This document shows, piece after piece, positions 1 through 9,855 of a stretch of DNA of 64,000 bases. The position numbers were made by a program, and so were the translations under genes. The notes beneath the pieces were generated by a model. It was not told the DNA's origin, made no database searches, and saw only the letters and a list, made by a program, of their open reading frames with translations. Origin of the DNA: Candidatus Micrarchaeia archaeon (GTDB lineage Archaea; Micrarchaeota; Micrarchaeia; CABMEP01). The DNA is taken from assembly GCA_038886535.1 (NCBI GenBank), contig JAVZXS010000002.1, forward strand, positions 128,001 through 192,000, written 5' to 3'. Numbering within the stretch: the first letter of the stretch is position 1; each line of letters starts with the position of its first letter.

Positions 1-900
1 TCTAGTTGGTACACCTTCTGAATCAAAGGTTGAATATACATATGCGTCTTCATAAGTCGGATCATCAATTAAAGTGAATATTTCACTTCCAACCTTTTTT
101 CCTAATTTATCTACTAGAAAAGAGTTTCCATTCTCAACTTCAAAGGCAGAGGTTGCATCGCCTATATGCTCAAGGATTATTGCTAAAGGAAGAGGTTCGA
201 ATAGAACATCCATCTTACCTTCGATTTCCTTTTTTTCTCCTTTTGATTGAACTGCAAATTGTGCAGCCTCTTTTGCAATTTTTGTTGGATCTAAATTTTT
301 TGTGGTTCTTCCTGAATATACTTTATGTCCTGAAGATTCTTTATCACAAAGGGCCCTAAAAGATAGATATACACTACTATCCTTTCCTTCAGCCTCACAC
401 TTTCCAGAGGTAATAAGATATTCTGAGGAAAAAGTTGTTTCAAATACACCACTATTTCTTTCGGATCCATTTTCAATTGCAGAATTTATCGCACTTTCTA
501 AAACATCAGCATGGATTTCATATGCATTCTCTATTTTCTTATCATAATCTTCTTTCTTATATCTGAATGGACCCTGCGCTATACCTAGGAATTTCTCATT
601 AGAAGGTATGTGTCTTATATATCTTTTTATGTTATTTAATGTGCGCTTTATTCCTTTTTCACTTGTATCTTTTATCGTCGTTTCAATTATCTTTCCTTTC
701 CAATTACAGAACAGATACAATGATTTAGAAATAGAGGAGTCACTTTTTACTATTTTGTTGTTTACGAATTTTGTTTGCTGATAATTTCCTATTCCTGCAT
801 GGAGGACAACATCATCAGCGCCTTCTCTCTTTAATTCTTTCATTATCTTGTTTGTTTTCTCAATTAGAGACTCCATCTCTTTTTCTATTCCGTTTTCCAT
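1..900 (-). CDS. TldE/PmbA family protein (3' end runs off window)
   Basis: Not in the ORF track. Manual translation from ATG at 900 gives MENGIEKEMESLIEK...KMDVLFEPLPLA...SFLVDKLGKKVGSEIFTLIDDP...STFDSEGVPTR. It lies directly downstream of tldD. Confidence 0.85.
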   Translation of the reverse strand, partial: MENGIEKEMESLIEKTNKIMKELKREGADDVVLHAGIGNYQQTKFVNNKIVKSDSSISKSLYLFCNWKGKIIETTIKDTSEKGIKRTLNNIKRYIRHIPSNEKFLGIAQGPFRYKKEDYDKKIENAYEIHADVLESAINSAIENGSERNSGVFETTFSSEYLITSGKCEAEGKDSSVYLSFRALCDKESSGHKVYSGRTTKNLDPTKIAKEAAQFAVQSKGEKKEIEGKMDVLFEPLPLAIILEHIGDATSAFEVENGNSFLVDKLGKKVGSEIFTLIDDPTYEDAYVYSTFDSEGVPTR

Positions 901-968
901 AAAGATCACTCTTGATGATTTATTTTAAATACATTAATCATTTTTCTATTCGTTTGGATAATATCAGT

Positions 969-2420
969 TTATCTAATCTTTATCTTCATCCTCATTGATG
1001 CTCCACCCATGGATACAGGTATTCCTTGCATTGGTTCTCCTTTTCCACATGTTGCAGCATGTAGCTCAAAGTTGTCTGCTACTGCATTTACCGAATTCCA
1101 TAGTGTTCCAGTAGTTATTTCTATTGACGGGCCTTTTACAGGTTTTGTTATTCTTCCATTTTCTATTAGGTAAGCCTCACTTCCTTTATATTTTTGGTTC
1201 CATCTTCTGTCATCTATGTTCCATTCCATAAAACTTTTCATGTATATTCCATATCTTGTTTCTCTAATCATTTCTTCTTCTTTCCAATCACCAGGAAGTA
1301 CAACGGTGTTTGACATTCTTATTATTGGTTCGACAGAGTAGTTTGATGCCCTTGCAGATGCATTGCTTTTTATTCCAAACTTGGCCGCACTTTCTCTATT
1401 CTGCAGAAATTCATTTATTATTCCATTTTTTATAAGGATTTTTCTTCTTGCTTTAACACCTTCATCATCATAAAGATAATATCCAAATGAATCTGGCAGA
1501 GTTGGATCGTCAGCTACATTCACTATCTCACTACCTATTTTCATTCCAAGCATATCCTTTGTTACAAATGATTCTCCAGCTTGTGCACTTTCTCTTCCCA
1601 AAATTCTATCCGCTTCGTATGGATGACCTACACTCTCATGCGCCATTATCCCTGAAATCTCGGGAGATACAATAACCTCTATTTCTCCTTTTGGAGGAGA
1701 GATTCCATTAATTAAGTTATCTTTTAATGCAATTGCTTCATTTTTTATTTTTTCATCTATTCTCATCTTTTCTATCTTTTCAAATCCTCCAGCAATTCCA
1801 TACTGCCAATGCCTTTGTGCGCTCTGATTATTCTCTTTCACTGTAAAACTATAGAATAGATCTATTCTTGGAATCTTACTTTCTATCGCATTTCCTTCCG
1901 AGTTTAAGTAGTACTTATTTGTAAGAGTATCGACATAATAAAAAGTACTAGAAAATATCTTTGCCTTTGAATCTAAGAGCCCCCTTTCTATATCTTTAAC
2001 AAATTCAATCTTTTCATCTATTCCAATTTCACTTATTCTTTTCTTTTCCTTTATCTCGTATCTCGATCTCTCAGTTTTTTCTCTTGAAAATTCAATCTTA
2101 TCTCCTATCTTTGCAGAATTTTTTATTGATGTAACTGACTGCTCAATTATTCTATCTATATTCTGCTTTTCAAATGTGTTTATGCTGAAGAAACCAAGAT
2201 ATCCATCAAGAATATATCTAACTCCAATCCCTTCTTCGCTTCCAAAAGAAACAGCTTCAATATTTCCATTACTCATGTATATGCTTTCCCCAGTATCCTT
2301 TTCTAGCCTTATTTCAGTATATTTTGCCCCGATTTTATTCATTTTTTCTAGTATCTGATGAGATATTGATTTTAAGTCATCCCACTTCATTTCTTTATTC
2401 TTTTTCCTTTTTACATTCAT
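969..2420 (-). CDS. tldD: TldD family metalloprotease
   Basis: HESVGHPYEAD metal motif, YDDEGV, RMSNT and C-terminal CGKGEP. Confidence 0.93.
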   Translation of the reverse strand: MNVKRKKNKEMKWDDLKSISHQILEKMNKIGAKYTEIRLEKDTGESIYMSNGNIEAVSFGSEEGIGVRYILDGYLGFFSINTFEKQNIDRIIEQSVTSIKNSAKIGDKIEFSREKTERSRYEIKEKKRISEIGIDEKIEFVKDIERGLLDSKAKIFSSTFYYVDTLTNKYYLNSEGNAIESKIPRIDLFYSFTVKENNQSAQRHWQYGIAGGFEKIEKMRIDEKIKNEAIALKDNLINGISPPKGEIEVIVSPEISGIMAHESVGHPYEADRILGRESAQAGESFVTKDMLGMKIGSEIVNVADDPTLPDSFGYYLYDDEGVKARRKILIKNGIINEFLQNRESAAKFGIKSNASARASNYSVEPIIRMSNTVVLPGDWKEEEMIRETRYGIYMKSFMEWNIDDRRWNQKYKGSEAYLIENGRITKPVKGPSIEITTGTLWNSVNAVADNFELHAATCGKGEPMQGIPVSMGGASMRMKIKIR

Positions 2421-2479
2421 TGTATCACTATACTAATATTTACAGGAACCAATTAAAAAGTTTACAAATAAATTAGCTT

Positions 2480-3454
2480 ATGCATAAAATGTCAGATAAC
2501 ATATCATTATCTAAGAAATTGCAGGATACTGCAATAAAACTCATTAAAGAAAATGTCAGTCTAAGAAAAGGAGAAAATGTTCTTCTAATTACAGATAGGA
2601 TTTCATGTCCTGTTTTTACTGCCATCTCTGCAGCAGTAGATCAAATCGGTGGAACTTCAACTCAAGCCTTCATAAGTAAAGACAGAGAGCACAGTTCTCC
2701 AATTCCTTATCTTAGAAATGCATGCATTAATTCAGATGTAATAATAGGAGTAACAGACAAAAGCATCTCTCATTCTCCAGAGGTTTATGAAGCAAGGAGA
2801 AATGGAACGAGAGTTGTGTCAATGCCAGGAATAACAGAAGAACTATTTATCAAAGGTTTAGAGGTTGACATATCAGTTATTAAAAGAATAAATTCTAAGC
2901 TTGAAAAGAAGTTGGAAAACGCAAAAATAGCAAAGGTTTTTTCTCCGTCTGGAACTGTGGCTGAGATAAGAATTTCAGATAGTAAATTCGATTTCAGCGA
3001 CAATGGAGATGCATCTTATCCTGGAGCATTGATAAACATACCTTTTGGAGAGGTTTATTCATTCATATCATTTTGCAATGGAAATATCGCAATAGACAGG
3101 TGGAGAAATGAAATTCATCCCAAAGATAAAGCAATAATAAAAGTTGAGAATGGAAAGATAGTTGGATGGAATACAGCTGCAAGTAAGTATGTTATGAATC
3201 AATTGAATGCAGGAGAATGTGGTTTGAATATTTCAGAATTTGGCATAGGCACTAACCCTTTCATCAGAAATCCTATAGGAAACACTTTACATGATGAAAA
3301 AATTTTTGGTTCAGTGCATTTTGCATTTGGGGCAGGAAAGAACAAGTGTCCAATACACGAGGATTTCGTGGTTTTAGAACCCACTGTTATTGTGGATGGA
3401 GAGGAATTAATAAAAAGAGGAAAATTCCTCTTTAATTTGGGAATAAAACAATAG
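2480..3454 (+). CDS. Leucyl aminopeptidase-like protein (aminopeptidase T / M29-related)
   Basis: NIPFGEV, SEFGIGTNP, HDEKIFGSVHFAFG and IHED motifs. Confidence 0.8.
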   Translation: MHKMSDNISLSKKLQDTAIKLIKENVSLRKGENVLLITDRISCPVFTAISAAVDQIGGTSTQAFISKDREHSSPIPYLRNACINSDVIIGVTDKSISHSPEVYEARRNGTRVVSMPGITEELFIKGLEVDISVIKRINSKLEKKLENAKIAKVFSPSGTVAEIRISDSKFDFSDNGDASYPGALINIPFGEVYSFISFCNGNIAIDRWRNEIHPKDKAIIKVENGKIVGWNTAASKYVMNQLNAGECGLNISEFGIGTNPFIRNPIGNTLHDEKIFGSVHFAFGAGKNKCPIHEDFVVLEPTVIVDGEELIKRGKFLFNLGIKQ

Positions 3455-3504
3455 ACTTGAAAGATCAATGTTGATTTTTTAAATTTTTATAATCAACTAG
3501 TTTT

Positions 3505-5253
3505 ATGGATTTTTCAGAATTTGCTGAAACTGCAAGCAAGCTAGAAAAAACATCAAGCAGGCTAGCAATGATAGAAGTTCTTTCAAAGCTTTTCAAGAAG
3601 GCAGACAAAAATAATATTCAAAAACTGATATATCTTTTACAAGGGAGGGTTGCTCCACCATTTGAAGGTATAGAAGTAGGCATGGGTGAAAAATTTGTTG
3701 AAAAAGCAATTTCTAATTCTACAGGTTATACAATATCACAGGTCGAAGCTACATTTAGGAAGACTGGGGACCTTGGTATTGCAGCTGAAAAATTAGTTGA
3801 AAAAAAGAAACAGACAGCTCTTTCTACAGAACCATTGACTGTAGAGAGAGTTTTTGATTCTTTGTTAAAGATAGCAAAGACAACAGGTGAAGGAAGCCAA
3901 GACAAGAAAATAAAGCTTCTTTCCGATCTTCTTAATAGGGCAAGTCCACTTGAAGCTAGGTATTTGGTTAGAATTCCTCTTGCAAATCTTCAATTGGGCG
4001 TTGGAGATCCAACAATTATGGATGCGTTGTCTGTAGCTGTTAAAGGAGATGACAGTCTTAGAGAGGAAATAGAGCGTGCATATAATCTGTCATCTGATCT
4101 TGGTACTGTGGCAAAGAATCTTTATGAAGGAAAGAAGAAACTATCTGAGATAAAACTTTTCAATCCAATAAGACCTGCACTAGCTGAAAGAGAAAATGAT
4201 CCAGCCGCAATTTTAGAAAGACATAAAACCACAATTGCAGATTTAAAGTTAGACGGTTTCAGATTACAGATTCACAAGAAAGGAGACAAGGTAATGCTTT
4301 TTTCAAGAAGATTGGAGAATATGACGCACTCTTTTCCAGACGTTATTGAAACTGTAAAAAACAATGTTAAGGCAGATGAGGCAATAATAGACAGTGAAGC
4401 ATTGGCATACAACGAAGCAACAGGTGAAATCTATCCATTCCAATATACAATCCAGAGAAAAAGAAAGCATGGAGTGGCTGAAAAGGCTGAGGAACTTCCA
4501 TTGCATGTGTTTGCTTTTGATTTAATATATGTAGATGGAAAGAATTTGATTGATGTACCATATAAACAAAGAAGAGAAATGCTTGAAAAGATAATAAAGA
4601 AAGATGGGATATCAGTTATGGAATCTATAACTACATCAGATGTAAAAGAGCTAGAAAAATTCTTCAAAAAGTCAATTGAAATAGGAGCTGAAGGAATTGT
4701 ATGTAAAGATCCAGAATCTCCATATAAGGCAGGAATGAGAGGATTTAATTGGATAAAGCTTAAGCGTTCATATAAGGGGGAGCTTGCAGATACAATTGAT
4801 GTAGTTATAGTAGGCTATTTCTATGGTAAGGGTGCGAGAGCAGAATTCAAATTTGGTGGTTTGCTCGGAGCAGTTTATGATGAAGATGAAGACACATTCA
4901 AGACCATAGCAAGAATAGGGAGTGGATTTAGTGAGGAAATGATGGTAAAGCTTAGGAATTTGCTTGAAAAGATAAAGACAAAGGAAAGGCCTGCAAGGGT
5001 GGTTTCTTTAATTGAACCTGATGTATGGGTGAAACCATTGTATGTTGTAACAGTAAAGGCAGATGAAATAACAGAGTCTCCAATGCACACAGCTGGACGA
5101 AAAGGAGAGACAGGTTATGCATTACGTTTTCCAAGAATGATTGGAGATATCAGAGAGGATAAAAAGCCAGAAGACGCAACAAGCGTTGCAGAGATAATAA
5201 GGATGTTTAAGCTTCAAAAGCATATTGCAGTGCAATCAAGCACTGAGGCATGA
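3505..5253 (+). CDS. lig: ATP-dependent DNA ligase
   Basis: KLDG adenylation motif, EGIVCK, WIKLK and ALRFPR. Confidence 0.97.
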   Translation: MDFSEFAETASKLEKTSSRLAMIEVLSKLFKKADKNNIQKLIYLLQGRVAPPFEGIEVGMGEKFVEKAISNSTGYTISQVEATFRKTGDLGIAAEKLVEKKKQTALSTEPLTVERVFDSLLKIAKTTGEGSQDKKIKLLSDLLNRASPLEARYLVRIPLANLQLGVGDPTIMDALSVAVKGDDSLREEIERAYNLSSDLGTVAKNLYEGKKKLSEIKLFNPIRPALAERENDPAAILERHKTTIADLKLDGFRLQIHKKGDKVMLFSRRLENMTHSFPDVIETVKNNVKADEAIIDSEALAYNEATGEIYPFQYTIQRKRKHGVAEKAEELPLHVFAFDLIYVDGKNLIDVPYKQRREMLEKIIKKDGISVMESITTSDVKELEKFFKKSIEIGAEGIVCKDPESPYKAGMRGFNWIKLKRSYKGELADTIDVVIVGYFYGKGARAEFKFGGLLGAVYDEDEDTFKTIARIGSGFSEEMMVKLRNLLEKIKTKERPARVVSLIEPDVWVKPLYVVTVKADEITESPMHTAGRKGETGYALRFPRMIGDIREDKKPEDATSVAEIIRMFKLQKHIAVQSSTEA

Positions 5254-5278
5254 TGCAGAAAATGTAGGAAGGGATTCA

Positions 5279-5926
5279 ATGGTTGGGAAAAAAGGTAAAT
5301 TCATAGTACTAGAAGGAATAGATGGGTGCGGAAAGTCTACACAAATCGAAAATATTGCAAATTATTTGTTTTCTAAAGATAAGTCAAATCATATTTTAAT
5401 TACTAGAGAGCCTACAATGATTTCAAGTTATGGTAAAAAAGTAAGAGATTTGTTGAAAAAGCAAAAGAATATAGAAAAAAATGCTGCACTTTTTACCAGA
5501 TTATATGTTAATGATAGGAAATTCCATATTAAGAAAATGATTATACCTGCAATGAAGCAAGGATGTATTGTAATAAGTGATCGATATAAGTATTCAACAT
5601 TTGCATATCAACTTTCGCAGGGAGATAAGCTAGAGAATCTTATTAAGCTTCATAAAGGATTGTTGGTTCCAGATTTAGTTCTGATATTAGACATAAGTGA
5701 AGAAGAATCAATTAAAAGAACCAGCGATCAGAAAGAAAAAGAACTATTTGAAAAGAAAGAGTTCCTTAGAAAAGTAAAAGCAAACTACTTAAAGATGAAG
5801 GAACTATTCCCACATGAAAATATAGTCATAATCGATGGAGAAAGAAGTAAGGAGGAAGTATTCGATAGTATTAAGAAAGAGATAGATAGGTTATTTGAGC
5901 AAGTAAGAAGTAAAAGTAAGAAGTAA
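5279..5926 (+). CDS. tmk: Thymidylate kinase
   Basis: EGIDGCGKST P-loop, TREP and SDRY. Start moved to ATG 5279 to avoid overlapping lig. Confidence 0.93.
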   Translation: MVGKKGKFIVLEGIDGCGKSTQIENIANYLFSKDKSNHILITREPTMISSYGKKVRDLLKKQKNIEKNAALFTRLYVNDRKFHIKKMIIPAMKQGCIVISDRYKYSTFAYQLSQGDKLENLIKLHKGLLVPDLVLILDISEEESIKRTSDQKEKELFEKKEFLRKVKANYLKMKELFPHENIVIIDGERSKEEVFDSIKKEIDRLFEQVRSKSKK

Positions 5927-5980
5927 ACTAAGAAGTAAAAGCAAAAAAGTAAAAATTATTTAAATTAATTTTTCTTTTCT

Positions 5981-6433
5981 TTATTCTTTCCAAATCTCTT
6001 CTTCCTTGAACCACAACGCAACTTCCTTTTCCCCTTCTTCTGGTGTTCCTGACGCGTGAACCACATTTTCTATTTCACCGTCAGTAGTTCTTCTTCCGTA
6101 CTTTCCTCTTATTGTCCAAGGTTCGGCCTTTTCAGGATCGGTTGCACCCACTATCTCTCTTGCTCTTTTTACAGCGTTTTCTCCCTCATAAACAAGCGCA
6201 AGAATTCTGTTTTCACCGTGCTTCTTTCCTTGAATGAAATCAATAAGTCCATTGTAGAATGGTTTTCCTTTGTGCATTGCATAATGCGTTTCTGCAAGTT
6301 CTTTACTTACCTTTACCACTTTGGCAGCTACTAGTTTTAATTTTGCATTTTCAAACATAATCATTACTTCTCCCATCAAACCTCTTCTCATTCCATCTGG
6401 CTTTATTAGGATGAGTGTTCGTTCTTTTTTCAT
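5981..6433 (-). CDS. ndk: Nucleoside diphosphate kinase
   Basis: ERTLILIKPDG, GATDP...TIRG and NVVHAS catalytic His. Confidence 0.95.
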   Translation of the reverse strand: MKKERTLILIKPDGMRRGLMGEVMIMFENAKLKLVAAKVVKVSKELAETHYAMHKGKPFYNGLIDFIQGKKHGENRILALVYEGENAVKRAREIVGATDPEKAEPWTIRGKYGRRTTDGEIENVVHASGTPEEGEKEVALWFKEEEIWKE

Positions 6434-6574
6434 TCTATCACCTTAAAATAATTAGTTGTTGTATAATTCTCACAAAATCTTTTTAAATCCATATTGATAA
6501 TTATATCTGCACACAAATATTTGTGCATCTACGAAACAATTTTTGTGTTCACTTTAATTGTGGGAGGAATTTAA

Positions 6575-6868
6575 ATGGACAGAATAGCAGATTTAAGACC
6601 GGGAATGAACGCTTCGATAGAAGGAGAAGTTGTATCTATAGAACCTTCAAGAGAGGTTAGAACAAAGTTTGGTAAATTAATAAGAGTTGCAAATGCAACA
6701 ATTGCAGATGATTCAGGCCAGATAATAGTAACTCTTTGGGACAAAGACATCGATAAAGTTTCAATAGGAGATAAAATTAAAATTGAAAATGGATGGGTTT
6801 CTGATTTTAAAGGTAACTTACAAATAACTGCTGGAAAGAACGGAAAATTAGAAATAATTACCAAATAA
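6575..6868 (+). CDS. Single OB-fold ssDNA-binding protein (SSB/RPA-like)
   Basis: VANATIADDSGQIIVTLW...IENGWVSDFKGNLQIT OB-fold pattern. Confidence 0.85.
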   Translation: MDRIADLRPGMNASIEGEVVSIEPSREVRTKFGKLIRVANATIADDSGQIIVTLWDKDIDKVSIGDKIKIENGWVSDFKGNLQITAGKNGKLEIITK

Positions 6869-6994
6869 TCAGAATTAAGAAATAATTACACATTTTCTGT
6901 TTTTTCTTTTACTATTCTTTTCTTCTCTTTTCCTTATTTTTCCTTATTTTCCTGTTTTTTATCTTTTTTAAAGTTAACGATATAAAGTATATTT

Positions 6995-7510
6995 ATGGGA
7001 ATATTATCTAGCGTTGATATTAAGAAGGCAATAAAAAAGAAAGAGATAATTATAGACCCGATGCCACCTCAAGAATGCTTTGGGCCAGGCTCAGTAGATG
7101 TGGCATTGAGCGACATTTTTTATATACCAAAGAAGAAACTACCTAGGATATTAGATGCGTCTAAGGATTCTTTTGAAGAGATGTATGACAAAATCGAGGC
7201 GGAAGAGATCACTCTAAAACCTGGCGACTGTATTTTAGCTGTCACAGAGGAAAGATTAATCCTAGCTCCAAATATTTGTGGATGGATACAGGGAAGAAGC
7301 AGATTTGCAAGAATGGGGTTAACCGCGCATGTTGCATCAAGTTTTATTCAACCTGGATCACAAAACAGACAGGTATTAGAAATAGCCAATCTCTCAAAAG
7401 TTCCAATAAAAATTTCAAAAGGGTTAAGATTATGCCAAATAATCTTTGAACGAACAGATTCAAAACCAGCTAAACCATATTCAAAGATAGGGAAATTTGC
7501 AAATCAATAA
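6995..7510 (+). CDS. dcd: dCTP deaminase
   Basis: PGSVDV, GRSRFARMG, LEIAN and CQIIF. Confidence 0.9.
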   Translation: MGILSSVDIKKAIKKKEIIIDPMPPQECFGPGSVDVALSDIFYIPKKKLPRILDASKDSFEEMYDKIEAEEITLKPGDCILAVTEERLILAPNICGWIQGRSRFARMGLTAHVASSFIQPGSQNRQVLEIANLSKVPIKISKGLRLCQIIFERTDSKPAKPYSKIGKFANQ

Positions 7511-7525
7511 GTAAATACCTTTGGT

Positions 7526-7670
7526 GCGGCAGTAGTCTAGCCTGGTAGGACTCGAGCTTCCCAAGAAACTTCTTTAAAAAAGAAGTTTCGTCAAGAAAAT
7601 ATAGGAAACTTCTTTAAACTAGAGGTTTCGGGAAAAGCTCGCGACCCGGGTTCAAATCCCGGCTGCCGCA
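7526..7670 (+). tRNA. tRNA-Gly(CCC) with a 72-nt intron at 37/38 (7564-7635)
   Basis: Acceptor stem GCGGCAG/CTGCCGC, T arm CCGGG-TTCAAAT-CCCGG, anticodon stem CGAGC/GCTCG, anticodon CCC at 7560-7562. BHB motif: TTCC/GGGA central helix with 3-nt bulges CAA and AAA. CCA is not encoded. Confidence 0.93.
7565..7630. repeat. Two 26-nt palindromic direct repeats inside the tRNA intron
   Basis: 7565-7590 GAAACTTCTTTAAAAAAGAAGTTTCG and 7605-7630 GAAACTTCTTTAAACTAGAGGTTTCG, 23/26 identical, 40-nt period. Confidence 0.95.
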
Positions 7671-7768
7671 TATTATAATAGAAGATAGAATATCATTGAG
7701 AAGATAAATAAATAGTTATAAAATATTCTAAATCATAAAAATATTAAAAATAAAAGAAAAACAGTTGC

Positions 7769-9037
7769 TTATTCATTGAATTCAGTTTTCTTTTTCTTTC
7801 TGAATCTTGGCAATATGAATTTGTAGATTACATATATCAAAACTGCAGCAACTGCAATTAATATTAATGGATCAGTTGGAGTTACTTTGTCATATCCATA
7901 TTTTATTGCATCTTCTTTGCTAAATACATTAACCTTTACATTTTCATATTGCTCGTGGACGTTTCCTACTGTATCTTTGTATGTTATTCTTATTGGTAAT
8001 TCAATCTCTTTATTTGTAGAGTTGATGTATAATTCAAATTCTGCAACTTCAGAATCATCTGAGTTTATGTCACCAATGTAGTAGAGGTTTGGACTTAGAA
8101 TCTTATATTCGTTGCTTGAGTCTAGCAACTCTACAGTAGTGAATGCGATTTTTGATTCTCCCCTATTTATAATTAATATAGGAACTTTGGATTTTGCATT
8201 GTTTCTAACTATTGTTGTCTGGTCATGTAAAGCAAGCAATGCAGGTTCTGTGATTACATCTAGGGAGATTATTGTATTCTTAGAATAAGATTTTCCGAGC
8301 ATATCATAATAAGTGACAGTTACAGGTATCTTATAAGACTTTGCAGTTGCATCACTTATTGCTTTTATTGTAAATGAAATGTCTGCTTCTTTTCCAAGCT
8401 CTAACAGTTGAATTCTTTTTTCTGTTGTTTCATTTACAGGGACAAAAGGAATGTCTATCCCACTTAAATCTATCTTTACAGTTATGTCTTTTAGCGTGCT
8501 CCCTGCAAGATTTGTGAGTGTTAACGTGACTTTACCAACTTGGTTTGGTTTAAATTCCGATGGATCACTTTTAACCTTGCTTATACTTATAACTGCATCC
8601 TGTGATTGGATGTATATAGGAAGTTCTGCAGACTCTTCTTGATATCCAGAAATCTTACATACAATTTTAAGCTTATTTGTCCCAGTTACTGCATTTTCGC
8701 TTATTCTAACTTTGAATCTCATAAGTGCTATGTCGCTCTTCTTAAAATTACCTAGATTATAAATTCCATCATCTACATTATCAATTGAAAATGGATATTT
8801 AGGATCTAGATAACATGTAAGGTTTTCGATTGTCTTTTCAACGGCTGACTGCACTTTTACATAGACATCGATATACCTTCCAGGTTCAGCAGGATATGGG
8901 TAATAATATGCACCTTCGCTTATCCTAACTCCAGCAATATTTGCAACATTTGGATTTATTACTCCTTGTGCATTTATTAAAATAATGAATTGCAAAATAA
9001 ATAGTGAAAGAAAAACAGCTTTATTTTTTTTATCCAT
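7769..9037 (-). CDS. COG1361-like S-layer-domain protein associated with the ABC transporter
   Basis: Signal peptide, YYPYPAEPG, repeated Ig-like beta segments, C-terminal TM with basic tail. Lies downstream of the ABC ATPase. Confidence 0.75.
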   Translation of the reverse strand: MDKKNKAVFLSLFILQFIILINAQGVINPNVANIAGVRISEGAYYYPYPAEPGRYIDVYVKVQSAVEKTIENLTCYLDPKYPFSIDNVDDGIYNLGNFKKSDIALMRFKVRISENAVTGTNKLKIVCKISGYQEESAELPIYIQSQDAVISISKVKSDPSEFKPNQVGKVTLTLTNLAGSTLKDITVKIDLSGIDIPFVPVNETTEKRIQLLELGKEADISFTIKAISDATAKSYKIPVTVTYYDMLGKSYSKNTIISLDVITEPALLALHDQTTIVRNNAKSKVPILIINRGESKIAFTTVELLDSSNEYKILSPNLYYIGDINSDDSEVAEFELYINSTNKEIELPIRITYKDTVGNVHEQYENVKVNVFSKEDAIKYGYDKVTPTDPLILIAVAAVLIYVIYKFILPRFRKKKKTEFNE

Positions 9038-9087
9038 ACACTCACCATTTTTAATTAATATTTAGAAGCAAATTATTAAAGACTATC

Positions 9088-9834
9088 TTATTTCTTCTTT
9101 ATATTATTGAAGTCAAATTCATGATTTTTTGAATCCCTGATTATGACTCCATCTCTTAATTCAATTATCCTCTCTGCATGCTCTGCTACGAATCTTTCAT
9201 GGGTTACTACTATGACGGTCCTGTTCTCTTCTTTATTAAGTTTTGTTAACAATCTCATTATCTCAAGTCCGCTTTTGTAATCAATATTTCCTGTTGGTTC
9301 ATCAGCAAGTATTACTTCGGGCTCAACCACTAATGCTCTTGCTATTGCAACTCTTTGTTGCTCTCCACCAGAAAGTTCTCTTGGAAGATGGTTCATTCTG
9401 TGGCCCATCCCAACTTTCTCAAGCATTTTTCTACTCTTTTCTTTTGCTTCATCCATAGATACATTTTTAAACATCAGTGGAAGCATTACATTTTCAAGTG
9501 CAGTTAGCGTGGGTATAAGGTTGAATGATTGGAAAACAAAACCAATTTTCTTTCCTCTCCATTGGGCAAGTTCGCTCTCTGATAAGGTAGTTATATCAAT
9601 ATTGTCAAGTTTTATTTTTCCACTAGTAGGTAGGTCAAGGCTTCCAATCATGTTCATCAATGTACTTTTTCCACTTCCAGAATGGCCGATTATAGCGACA
9701 AATTCCCCTTCATATATTTTCATATTGATTCCGCAAAGCGCATTAACCTTCACATCTCCCATCTGATAAGTTTTTCTTACATTCTCAAGTTCGATTATTA
9801 CTCTTTTATTTTCCTTCTGTCTCTCTTTTTTCAT
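9088..9834 (-). CDS. ABC transporter ATP-binding protein (LolD/MacB type)
   Basis: GHSGSGKST, LSGGEQQR, ADEPTGN and VTH. Confidence 0.95.
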   Translation of the reverse strand: MKKERQKENKRVIIELENVRKTYQMGDVKVNALCGINMKIYEGEFVAIIGHSGSGKSTLMNMIGSLDLPTSGKIKLDNIDITTLSESELAQWRGKKIGFVFQSFNLIPTLTALENVMLPLMFKNVSMDEAKEKSRKMLEKVGMGHRMNHLPRELSGGEQQRVAIARALVVEPEVILADEPTGNIDYKSGLEIMRLLTKLNKEENRTVIVVTHERFVAEHAERIIELRDGVIIRDSKNHEFDFNNIKKK

Positions 9835-9855
9835 ATGATCACCGATATTAATTAC

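Noticed and set aside
5900..5955. AAGTAAG/AAGTAAA short repeats at the end of tmk
   Set aside because: Low-complexity sequence, best explained as oligo-T terminator sequence for the convergent ndk.
7565..7630. Palindromic repeat-spacer-repeat as a mini CRISPR array
   Set aside because: Only two units with a 14-nt spacer, no cas genes, and it lies exactly within a BHB tRNA intron.
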